A stretch of 64,000 nt of DNA from Waterburya sp. GTDB lineage: Bacteria; Cyanobacteriota; Cyanobacteriia; Cyanobacteriales; Xenococcaceae. The stretch covers positions 4,416,001-4,480,000 of the forward strand of contig CBDCJV010000002.1 of assembly GCA_965217895.1 (NCBI GenBank), given 5' to 3'. The notes beneath the pieces are model-generated. The model made no database searches. It saw nothing but the letters and a program-made list of their open reading frames with translations, and was not told where the DNA came from. The stretch's first letter is position 1. Each line of letters starts with the position of its first letter. Below, one piece after another: positions 55,689 through 64,000 of the stretch. Position numbers and translations under genes: made by a program.

Positions 55689-56855
55689 TTAAATTGGTAG
55701 CTTTGTATTTTCGAGAATAGCTTGATTTAAATTAACTCCGTTAAGATTGGCTTTTGACAAGTCAGTGTTGGTTAAATTGGCATAAGATAAGCTTGCACCA
55801 CTAAGATCTGCATTCTCAAAATTAACTCCTCTCAAATCAGTCCCGCTAAAGTTACATCCTCGTAAGCTACTATTGGCAAAATTAGCTCCTCTGAGTTTGG
55901 CATCATGAAAATCTGTACCATCTAAGCCAAGGTTAATCAGTTTTGCACCATTCATATCAGAGTAAGTAAATGCACAGTCGATGATTTTAGCTTCGGTCAG
56001 ATCTATTCCATCAAGATACATACAGGTATTATCTGGTTTTATGCCAATAATTGTTGCTCTATGTAGAATAGCTCCTTCTAGATGAACATTAGCGTACAAG
56101 TCTCTATCCCAGCGACCTTTTTCATAGATAAGAGTGGCTTCAGTAAGATTAGCCCCGTTTAAATTAGCAGATGTAATTCTTGCTCCAGTCAAGTTAGCAC
56201 CACTAAGATCTGCACCACTAAGATGAGCTTCGGCTAAATTGGTAAAACTCAAATCGGCATTAGTCAAGGAAACACCCGCAGTTATCAAATAAGCTCCTGC
56301 TGCTTGAGGATCGAATCCTGAAGGAAATACAGTGTGTGAATCATACAAAGCTCCTTTTAAATTGGCATATTCAAAATTAGAATTACTTAAATCCAAATAC
56401 AATCGAGATTCACGGGCATTGTAGCCTCTTAAGTTTGCCTTACTGAGGTTTGCTTGCTGAAAACTAACGTTTTGGAGTAATTTTACTTGGCTAAAATCTG
56501 CCCCTTCTAAATTAGCTCGCTCAAAATTGGTATTTACTAGTTGGCTTTCATAAAATCTAGCTTGAGTGAGGTTAGCTTCAGTAAAATTGGTATTGGTCAA
56601 GTCATTGTTTTGTAGATTTGCTTTGTGCAGCTTGGAATTTTTTAGTGATGCCCTAGTCAGGTTACAGTTATATATTTGGCAATCGATCAAATCTAAGTTT
56701 TCTAAAACAGCATCAGATAAATTGAACCCTGATAAATGAGCTGGTGAATTGAATTTAACTTGAGTTAAATCCGATCCAATCAAAATTTCGCGTTCTTTTG
56801 GATCATTTATCGATAACAATTGATTAAATGTATTGGTATTAATAATTTGCTTCAT
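55689..56855 (-). CDS. Pentapeptide repeat protein
   Basis: A(D/N)Lxx repeats, YDSHTVFPSGFDP. Confidence 0.93.
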   Translation of the reverse strand: MKQIINTNTFNQLLSINDPKEREILIGSDLTQVKFNSPAHLSGFNLSDAVLENLDLIDCQIYNCNLTRASLKNSKLHKANLQNNDLTNTNFTEANLTQARFYESQLVNTNFERANLEGADFSQVKLLQNVSFQQANLSKANLRGYNARESRLYLDLSNSNFEYANLKGALYDSHTVFPSGFDPQAAGAYLITAGVSLTNADLSFTNLAEAHLSGADLSGANLTGARITSANLNGANLTEATLIYEKGRWDRDLYANVHLEGAILHRATIIGIKPDNTCMYLDGIDLTEAKIIDCAFTYSDMNGAKLINLGLDGTDFHDAKLRGANFANSSLRGCNFSGTDLRGVNFENADLSGASLSYANLTNTDLSKANLNGVNLNQAILENTKLPI

Positions 56856-57038
56856 ATTGCTTTTGGTGATTTAAAGTTAGAAAATAAACTCCTGAGTAGT
56901 GAAGTATGGTTTGGTAACTATATTTTATCTTGTATTAAAACTGTAATAATATTTTCCTAGATAATGCGATTAAGCTGATGCTGTAAGATGCGATCGCAAC
57001 TTCCATCAAATGTTTATTCTTGATATCATCAAGCTATT

Positions 57039-58373
57039 ATGAGTCGAGCTACTGTTCAACCAGCCAAAATAAGTGGTGTATTGCCAGATTCAATCGCCGA
57101 AGAGATTGGGTTTGAAGTTGGTGATGCGATCGTTTCGATTAATCAAACCCAGCCACGGGATCTAATTGACTATCGTTTCTTGTGTAGCGATGAGTATTTA
57201 GAGTTAGAAGTAGTTGATGCTACGGGCAATACTCATCAGATTGAAATAGAGAAAGATTACGACGACGATTTAGGTTTAGAATTTGAAACGGCTTTATTTG
57301 ATGGTCTAATTCAGTGTAATAATCATTGTCCATTTTGCTTTATCGATCAGCAGCCGACTGGTAAACGCCAAAGCCTTTATTTTAAAGATGACGATTACCG
57401 TCTCAGCTTTCTTTATGGTAGCTATCTTACTCTTACCAATCTGACAGATAAAGAATGGCGACGGATCGAACAGATGCGCCTTTCTCCTTTGTATGTCTCG
57501 GTACACGCCAGCGAGCCAGAAGTTAGAACTCGTTTGCTCAAAAATAATCGCGCTGGTTTAATCATGTCCCAGTTAAAGTGGTTTCAACAGAGACGGTTAC
57601 AGATACACGCTCAGGTAGTAGTATGTCCTGACATCAATGATGGAATACACTTGGAAAAAACCGTTTTAGATTTAGCCTCTTTTCATCAGGGAGATATCCC
57701 CGCAGTAGCTTCGGTGGCAGTAGTTCCCGTCGGCTTAACTAAGTTTCGTCCTTTAAAAGATGAGTTAATACCGATAAGTCAAGCTAAAGCCGTGGAAGTT
57801 ATCGAACAGGTACAGCAGCTACAGCAAAAGTTTAACCAGCAGTTTGGCAGTAACTTTGTCTGGTTAGCCGACGAATGGTTTTTAATTGCCCGCCAAGATG
57901 TTCCCGCAGAATCTCACTATGAAGATTATCCCCAAATTGGCAATGGTGTTGGTTCAATTCGTTTATTTCTTAAGCAATTTCAAGCCACGGCTAGAAAGAT
58001 GTTACCCAAAGCGATTAATCCGCCTCGTCGTTTTACCTGGGTGGTGGGTAATGCAGTCGAACAAGCATTTAAACCTCTAGTGGAACAGCTTAATGCAGTT
58101 AAAGGGTTAGAAATTAATTTGGTTGCTCTAAATAGCCTGTATTGGGGACAAGAGATTACCGTTACAGGCTTGTTGACAGGACAGGATTTACTGGCAGGTT
58201 TGAAGGAAAAAGATATAGGAGAGGGAATTTTGCTACCTTCTTTGATGCTTAAACACGACGATACAAAGTTTTTGGACGATATGACAGTTGCAGATGTTGC
58301 TCGCCAGTTGAAAGTGGCAATTTTTCCCGTCAGTGGTGTTAAGGAATTGATTGATCGGTGTCTCATCACCTGA
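57039..58373 (+). CDS. PDZ plus radical-SAM-like DUF512 protein (TIGR03279-like)
   Basis: CNNHCPFC, KDDDYRLSFLYG. Confidence 0.9.
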   Translation: MSRATVQPAKISGVLPDSIAEEIGFEVGDAIVSINQTQPRDLIDYRFLCSDEYLELEVVDATGNTHQIEIEKDYDDDLGLEFETALFDGLIQCNNHCPFCFIDQQPTGKRQSLYFKDDDYRLSFLYGSYLTLTNLTDKEWRRIEQMRLSPLYVSVHASEPEVRTRLLKNNRAGLIMSQLKWFQQRRLQIHAQVVVCPDINDGIHLEKTVLDLASFHQGDIPAVASVAVVPVGLTKFRPLKDELIPISQAKAVEVIEQVQQLQQKFNQQFGSNFVWLADEWFLIARQDVPAESHYEDYPQIGNGVGSIRLFLKQFQATARKMLPKAINPPRRFTWVVGNAVEQAFKPLVEQLNAVKGLEINLVALNSLYWGQEITVTGLLTGQDLLAGLKEKDIGEGILLPSLMLKHDDTKFLDDMTVADVARQLKVAIFPVSGVKELIDRCLIT

Positions 58374-58541
58374 TTACTTTTGCGCTTTATCCAACAAATT
58401 AGCAATTTTATCTATCAATTAAGCCTGTTTCAATTAGCTGATGATAATCTTCTACCGTCCACTTGTATCGAGTTTTCATTCTGATTACTAATGTACGGGC
58501 GAACGGCCCTAAAGGGTGTGGTAGTCGCCCCTAACTAATTA

Positions 58542-58919
58542 CTAATTGCACTTTTGACACAACCCAAAAAACTCTAGGGTATGATAATAGACCTTGAATG
58601 TATGAGACTTTTCAAGCTGTTTTTCTAAGTCGTGTACAGGACATTCATCAATGGCAATAGACACGCCACAATTAACGCAGGTAAGATGATGGCGATCGCT
58701 TTTAATTGGACTATATACAGATTCCCCGTTAGCTAAAGCCCTTACCTGGACTTCTCCCTGAATTTTCAAAGCCTCCAAAGAGCGATAAACCGTTGCCAAA
58801 CCCATATCTTGTTCGCGATTGCGTAATTCGATATAAAGATCCTGAGCCGAAATAGAACGTTTTAGACTCTGAAGGACTTCCATTATTCGCTCTTGAGAAC
58901 GAGTGCGTTGGGCTTTCAT
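58542..58919 (-). CDS. Fur-family regulator, Zur/FurB-like
   Basis: GLATVYRSL, HHLTCVNC, GLCQKC. Confidence 0.9.
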   Translation of the reverse strand: MKAQRTRSQERIMEVLQSLKRSISAQDLYIELRNREQDMGLATVYRSLEALKIQGEVQVRALANGESVYSPIKSDRHHLTCVNCGVSIAIDECPVHDLEKQLEKSHTFKVYYHTLEFFGLCQKCN

Positions 58920-59065
58920 AATTGTTTATATCGAATTTAGATATATAGATATCTATTTTACTGGGCAAAGATAGAAATTGAATTTTGAATTTGGTTATCT
59001 CGAACCATCTACACTATAAAATCAAGAAGGCGATCAAGCTTTTCGTAATCATCAACGGTAATTCT

Positions 59066-59332
59066 ATGGCGACCAAATATCACGCTCGTATCTATGTTAC
59101 TCTTCGATCTTCAGTACTCGATCCAGCAGGTACGGCGGTAGAATCAGGACTAAGGCAAATGGGATATACCGAAGTAGAATCTGTCAGAATTGGTAAGTAT
59201 ATTGAATTGCAGTTAAGTGCAGCTAACGAGGATGAGGCAAAACAGCATTTAGATCAAATGTGCGATCGCCTGTTGGCAAATACGGTAATTGAAAATTATT
59301 GCTTTGAACTAACTGAACTAGCTACGGCGTAA
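59066..59332 (+). CDS. purS: FGAM synthase subunit PurS
   Basis: VLDPAG, VRIGKYIEL, LLANTVIE. Confidence 0.96.
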   Translation: MATKYHARIYVTLRSSVLDPAGTAVESGLRQMGYTEVESVRIGKYIELQLSAANEDEAKQHLDQMCDRLLANTVIENYCFELTELATA

Positions 59333-59353
59333 GATCATCACAGGAGTAAATAA

Positions 59354-60046
59354 ATGAAGTTTGGGGTTATAGTATTTCCTGGTTCAAATTGCGATCGCGA
59401 TATTTCTACGGTAACTAAAGGGTTACTAAATGCACCAACTCGCATGGTGTGGCATCAAGAAACGGATATTGCAGATTTGGATGTAGTAGTTTTACCTGGA
59501 GGCTTTAGCTACGGTGATTATCTACGCTGTGGGGCGATCGCGCAATTTTCTCCCGTAATGAACAGTATCATCGAACACGCTAAACAAGGTAAATATGTCT
59601 TGGGGATCTGTAATGGTTTTCAGGTGCTAACGGAAGTAGGCTTATTGCCAGGGGCATTAATTCGCAATCGTGGTCTACATTTTATCTGCGATCGCGTTCC
59701 CATTCAGCTTGAACGTAACGATCTAATCTGGACAAAAGGTTATCAAGCTCAACAAGTAATTACCTTACCTATTGCCCACGGTGAGGGCTGCTATTTTGCC
59801 GATGAGGATACGCTGAAGACTTTAGAAGATAATAATCAGGTAGTATTTCGCTACTGTAGTGCAGCAGGAGAAATAAACGCTGACCATAATTTCAATGGTT
59901 CAATGAATAATATAGCAGGGATTGTTAACCAACAGGGCAATGTATTAGGCATGATGCCTCATCCTGAAAGGGCTGCTGACAAAGCGATCGGCGGTACGGA
60001 TGGTTTGGCTATGTTTGAGGGGTTACTGAATTTCGCTACTGCTTAG
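59354..60046 (+). CDS. purQ: FGAM synthase subunit PurQ
   Basis: FPGSNCD, GICNGFQ, MPHPER. Confidence 0.97.
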   Translation: MKFGVIVFPGSNCDRDISTVTKGLLNAPTRMVWHQETDIADLDVVVLPGGFSYGDYLRCGAIAQFSPVMNSIIEHAKQGKYVLGICNGFQVLTEVGLLPGALIRNRGLHFICDRVPIQLERNDLIWTKGYQAQQVITLPIAHGEGCYFADEDTLKTLEDNNQVVFRYCSAAGEINADHNFNGSMNNIAGIVNQQGNVLGMMPHPERAADKAIGGTDGLAMFEGLLNFATA

Positions 60047-60086
60047 TAAGATGTAATTCAAGCTAAATTTTACCAGGAAAATCACC

Positions 60087-60995
60087 ATGAATATCGAACA
60101 GTTAAACGCAGATTACGGCATCGCTAACAAAGTTCAGTTTATTGAGGGCAAAGGTGGTTTTCCTATCATTAAAGTCAACAATGAATATGCTAAAGCCTCT
60201 ATTTCAGTTTACGCAGGTCAAGTACTATCTTTTCAACCTGTAGATCAGGCTGAAGACATAATGTTTTTTAGCAGCAAAGCCTATCACCAAGAAGGTAAGG
60301 CAATGAAAGGCGGTACACCAATATGTTGGCCCTGGTTTGGACCAGATCCAGAAGATAAAGGACGTTCTAGCCATGGTTTTGTACGCAATCGCCTGTGGCA
60401 GATGCGAGAAGTAGTCAGCACTCAAGATGGTGCTACTAAAGTCACATTAGGGCTAACAGATACAGCCGAGACTAGAGCAATCTGGGATTATGAATTTGAT
60501 TTTGCGATCGCCATTACCGTTGGGAAGTCTTTAACCGTCGAATTAATTACCTGCAATACAGCAGACAAGACATTTTCTATCACTCAAGCTTTGCACACTT
60601 ACTTCAAAGTGGGAGATATTAGTCAAGTGCAGGTGCTAGGTTTGGCAGGCAATGATTATATCGATAAGGTTGATAATGGTAAACACAAAACCCAATCTGG
60701 CGAAGTGGCTTTTGATCAAGAGTGCGATCGCATTTATCTAAACGTGCAGCCAGAATTAACTATTAATGACGCTGCATTAGGAAGACAGATTAAGATTACT
60801 GCTACCAATAGCAAAACAGCAATTGTCTGGAATCCTTGGGCAACTAGTTCGGCAAATATGGCTGACTTAGAAGACCATGACTATCAAAATTTTGTCTGTG
60901 TAGAAACTGCTAATGCGGCTAACGAAATAATTGAAGTGGCTGCGGATAGTGAATACAAGATAACTGCCAACTACGCAGTAACTAAATCTGCATAG
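60087..60995 (+). CDS. D-hexose-6-phosphate mutarotase
   Basis: GGTPICWPWFG, HGFVR, ALHTYF, WNPW. Confidence 0.92.
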   Translation: MNIEQLNADYGIANKVQFIEGKGGFPIIKVNNEYAKASISVYAGQVLSFQPVDQAEDIMFFSSKAYHQEGKAMKGGTPICWPWFGPDPEDKGRSSHGFVRNRLWQMREVVSTQDGATKVTLGLTDTAETRAIWDYEFDFAIAITVGKSLTVELITCNTADKTFSITQALHTYFKVGDISQVQVLGLAGNDYIDKVDNGKHKTQSGEVAFDQECDRIYLNVQPELTINDAALGRQIKITATNSKTAIVWNPWATSSANMADLEDHDYQNFVCVETANAANEIIEVAADSEYKITANYAVTKSA

Positions 60996-61100
60996 CGCAT
61001 TTTTAATGCCTGTATCAATTAACAGTCTAGTTCATCATCTCCGTGCTGAAGCAACGAAGATGATGATGATGTCTGAGGGACGATGAATATATAGTCGCTG

Positions 61101-61274
61101 CTATGAGGTTTCACCGCAGCCACAGTCTGACATTTTACAACTTTGATCGTTCACATGACCATTGGCACAGGCTTCACAACAATAATATTGGTCGCCTTTT
61201 TGAATTGCATTTTCTAAAGATATTTCACAATCACAGCGATCGCAGGAGCATTTTACTAAATTGGTAGTGGTCAT
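61101..61274 (-). CDS. smtA: Bacterial metallothionein (not in ORF track)
   Basis: MTTTNLVKCSCDRCDCEISLENAIQKGDQYYCCEACANGHVNDQSCKMSDCGCGETS. Confidence 0.95.
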   Translation of the reverse strand: MTTTNLVKCSCDRCDCEISLENAIQKGDQYYCCEACANGHVNDQSCKMSDCGCGETS

Positions 61275-61306
61275 GATGTTTTATCTAGTGAGGTTATAAA
61301 TTTATT

Positions 61307-61330
61307 ATATATGAACATATATTCAGATAT
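61307..61330. promoter_or_regulatory. SmtB/ArsR-type operator upstream of smtA
   Basis: Imperfect palindrome ATATATGAACATATATTCAGATAT. Confidence 0.75.
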
Positions 61331-61411
61331 TGAAATCTTGGAAATTATTTATTCTATTATTGCAAATTAGACATTCAGTTTGCTATATTGGTTTAGCGCA
61401 ACAAAAAGCGA

Positions 61412-61484
61412 GCCAGGATAGCTCAGGTGGTAGAGCAGAGGACTGAAAATCCTCGTGTCGGCAGTTCAAGTCTGCCTCCCGGCA
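61412..61484 (+). tRNA. trnF: tRNA-Phe(GAA)
   Basis: Cloverleaf with GAGGA-CTGAAAA-TCCTC anticodon arm and GGCAG-TTCAAGT-CTGCC T arm; CCA not encoded. Confidence 0.97.
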
Positions 61485-61486
61485 TT

Positions 61487-61610
61487 TGTACATTCAATAA
61501 TTAAGTGTCGTTGTTCACACATTGTTGTCGTTATTAACAATTTAATGTCGCAAACTAACAAATTGTTGTGGTGAAGTAATAAATCAAACTGTTCACATAA
61601 TAATTGTCGC
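61487..61610 (+). repeat. Tn7-like left end with TnsB-binding repeats
   Basis: TGTACA terminus; TGTCG-ending boxes at 61510, 61530, 61550, degenerate 61570, distal 61609. Confidence 0.9.
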
Positions 61611-61811
61611 AATTAGAGCTTTAAAGATATTGTCTGTTAAGGTGATTTCCAGCAAACATTATACCCACAAGAAAGCAACAGTATTCTGAAGTTGACGGAT
61701 GCAAGTGGGTATGGTCTTTCTTGGAAATCACCTAAGACGGGTATTCTTTCTACGTACTTTGTTTATATTATCTTTATTAGCCTAATAGTGAAATAACATT
61801 AGCTAGAGAGG

Positions 61812-61843
61812 TTTTCAGTCCTCTGCTCCTTTCAACCCTTCCC
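61812..61843 (-). CRISPR. Delocalized homing crRNA: truncated repeat plus 17-nt spacer
   Basis: GGGAAGGGTTGAAAG then GAGCAGAGGACTGAAAA, identical to tRNA-Phe 61433-61449. Confidence 0.93.
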
Positions 61844-61912
61844 AAAGGCTAATATTGTAGTGATTGAATTATATTTGATGCTAATTATAGTTATATCTCA
61901 AAAAAGTTTAAG

Positions 61913-62115
61913 TTTTTAAACTCTTACGCTTAAGAAAGATCAAAGCAAGCAATACAAAAGTAAATAAAATTAGTAAAGCGACTAGAGTAATTGGTTGCTC
62001 ATATCTCTTTCAAACCCTCCCACTTCGGGAAGGTCAAAGCAACTATGGGGGCATTTGTATTACAGACCCAGATTAAACCTTTCAAACCCTCCCACTTCGG
62101 GAAGGTCAAAGCAAC
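61913..62115 (-). CRISPR. Mini CRISPR array
   Basis: 37-nt repeat GTTGCTTTGACCTTCCCGAAGTGGGAGGGTTTGAAAG at 62079-62115 and 62007-62043, 35-nt spacer; degenerate copy at 61913-61949 (26/37). Confidence 0.9.
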
Positions 62116-62324
62116 ACTACCCGTCAAATCTCCTGTCGAACCATGCTTTCAATTTAAATTCTGCCAAAGGTCAAATATCTTCAATTTGGCAAACATAAAA
62201 TTACTGCATGATAAAGGTTTAATTTAGTTTATCTTCGCTACAACCTTTGAATGACAAGAGTTTTAAATATTTGTCGAACCTCTCAGGGATTTCGTCCGCG
62301 CTTAGGTTCAACAAAAAATAATTT

Positions 62325-62650
62325 GGGAAGGATTCCTCCGATGAAGGAGGTGATTCAGTAACTACCACTCCAGTAATCTGTATCCCGATTTTGGGACTAG
62401 TCTCAAGCTGTTCCTCATCTTTAAGACATACTTCTTATTGCTGGGAGCGCACCTGACCGTTAATATAGAGTTACGAGATTCTACATTAAGGCACTTTCCT
62501 ATCTACATTAGCGAGAACTAGAGATAGCAGCTTCAGAAGCGGGTACCTACCAGGGTCAGAAAGAAAAATTGTCTTCCGACAATCAAACTAACCCTATTTT
62601 TCGGCGGTGCAGAGGACTTATTCATAAGACATAAACCGCGACGCTATTAT
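62325..62650 (-). ncRNA. Cas12k tracrRNA
   Basis: Conserved blocks AATAGCG, GGGTTAGTTTGA, CTTTCTGACCCTGGTAG, AGGTGCGCTCCCAGCAATAAG, TACTGAATCACC; 3' AATCCTTCCC pairs with the repeat; ends approximate. Confidence 0.9.
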
Positions 62651-62694
62651 TGTTATTCTATTGTCAAGGTTCGATTGAAGACATTAATTATTAT

Positions 62695-64000
62695 TTAGAC
62701 AGCTTTTTCAAGTCGAGAATTATAAGCAATGATCGCAATATTTTTGGCTTGTTCTTGCTTGCTTCCACCTAAAGGCTGTCGCGATTTTTCTATGGGAATC
62801 CTTACAATACTGGCTTTTTGACTTATAAAGTCTGTCAAACGACCGTAGCTCCAATTATGGACATTAACTCGATATTGTTTAGCATATTTTTTTTGACCTT
62901 CTTTATAGCCTAAGATTCTCTTTTCTGCTCTGGCTTGAACTTCGCTTTGGGTAATTTCTCGAATCTGACTAACTTCGGGCAGAACAATACTGCTAACGTG
63001 AAAAGATCGAGCAAGTTCTACAATGGCATCGGCAAATAATCGATCTATATGTTTACCTAAATTTGACTCTCCAAAGTTACTAGGGGAATTTCGCTTCTGT
63101 GCTTTATGACGTTTAATAGATAGCCTTTGTTTTTCTTGTCTTTGACGATTCAGCAACTTATAATTTTTGCCCAACAATTGTTTTGCACTACGATAAGTTA
63201 AGACTCGACCGCTAATTACATCAACTACCGCTACTGTAGTAGGGTTTTCCAAACCTAAAGATACTCCCAGAATAATTGATGGATTTTCTTGGTATAAATC
63301 TTCATGAGGTCGATCTGGAAGATTTTGTAAGTTAGCTAATTGAGTCTGTTTTCTCTTAATATGCTTTTGTTGTTCCGAATCAAGATCGCCTTTTTCTTGA
63401 GTTTGAGCGATTGCTTTTTTTGAGCTATTAGTTTTCTGCTCTGCTATTAATACGGTACCTTCTTTTGACCATAATCTAGTATCTATTGAACATTGAAGGT
63501 AAAGTTTGTGATTATTCCAAGGCTGCTCTTTACTTAGTCGTGTTGTTAGTTGTCTATAACTATGAAGCATAGATAATGCTAGATTATAGTCTCGATCGAG
63601 AAACAGCAAAAGACAAGCACGACTAATCGTTTTCTTACTTTTATGTCGCTTTTGTTTTCCTTCTCTCCATAAAATTCGTCCAGATCTTAGACTAAAAAGT
63701 GCGCTAGATAATTCACTATCTCTAAGTCCGTCCTTTTTGTCTTGCTTACTTTTCTCTTTGAGTTTTTGGTCTTCTAAAAAACGCCGAAACCAATCTAACT
63801 GTCTAGTATCACAACGAATCTCAAACCTATGTTTGCCTAAACCATTAAACTGAACGGACAAATTTCCTTGCTCGTCTCCTAGCCAAGTTAAATCAGTGTT
63901 ACTTTCATAAGCTATGGGATAAGGAACAGCAAAAGATTTTCTTAAAAGGTTATCCTGCAAAGATCGAGCTTCAATGTTGCCTTCAGGTGCGTAATTATCG
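62695..64000 (-). CDS. cas12k: Cas12k effector, 5' part outside the window
   Basis: PYPIAYESNTDLTW, QLDWFRRFLEDQ, DTRLWS, inactive RuvC GVSLG and IVLP, VHNWSYGRL; frame open to window edge. Confidence 0.95.
   Translation of the reverse strand, partial: DNYAPEGNIEARSLQDNLLRKSFAVPYPIAYESNTDLTWLGDEQGNLSVQFNGLGKHRFEIRCDTRQLDWFRRFLEDQKLKEKSKQDKKDGLRDSELSSALFSLRSGRILWREGKQKRHKSKKTISRACLLLFLDRDYNLALSMLHSYRQLTTRLSKEQPWNNHKLYLQCSIDTRLWSKEGTVLIAEQKTNSSKKAIAQTQEKGDLDSEQQKHIKRKQTQLANLQNLPDRPHEDLYQENPSIILGVSLGLENPTTVAVVDVISGRVLTYRSAKQLLGKNYKLLNRQRQEKQRLSIKRHKAQKRNSPSNFGESNLGKHIDRLFADAIVELARSFHVSSIVLPEVSQIREITQSEVQARAEKRILGYKEGQKKYAKQYRVNVHNWSYGRLTDFISQKASIVRIPIEKSRQPLGGSKQEQAKNIAIIAYNSRLEKAV

Larger units (their letters stand above)
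61487..64000 (-). mobile_element. Type V-K CRISPR-associated transposon, left portion (continues beyond window)
   Basis: TGTACA end, homing spacer, array, tracrRNA and cas12k in canonical order. Confidence 0.93.

Noticed and set aside
61991..62227. Two short + strand ORFs with repeated peptides
   Set aside because: They are translations of the CRISPR repeats
62695..63960. A complete 421-aa TnpB-like nuclease
   Set aside because: Frame stays open to the window edge, RuvC acidic residues are substituted, and the context is Cas12k

Overview
Low-GC cyanobacterial chromosome segment with abundant HIP1 octamers (GCGATCGC); a Pleurocapsales-like origin is my inference. Most of it is housekeeping: clpS, clpP, radA, rpaB, psaM, panC/cmk, purM/S/Q, atpD-atpC, ctaCDE with ctaA-ctaB, and uppP. 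The highlight is at the right end: the left end of a type V-K CRISPR-associated transposon (CAST) inserted just downstream of tRNA-Phe(GAA). Visible parts are the Tn7-like end with TnsB boxes, a delocalized 17-nt homing spacer matching that tRNA beside a GTA PAM, a mini array, an apparently enlarged tracrRNA and a cas12k gene that runs off the window and appears to carry an extra ~40-aa insert. An unexplained ~125-nt hairpin lies inside the left end. An accessory zone at 23.5-32 kb holds a phage lysis remnant, a decayed IS4-type element invaded by nested micro-repeats, an orphan paralogous N-terminal fragment and an RTX/vWA protein with an upstream partner gene. There is also a stress-gene cluster with a shared promoter motif, a GH9 glucanase, and several rearrangements ending at HIP1 sites, including a toxin-antitoxin islet flanked by a duplicated uppP 3' end. 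No database searches were run; family calls come from recognising motifs.
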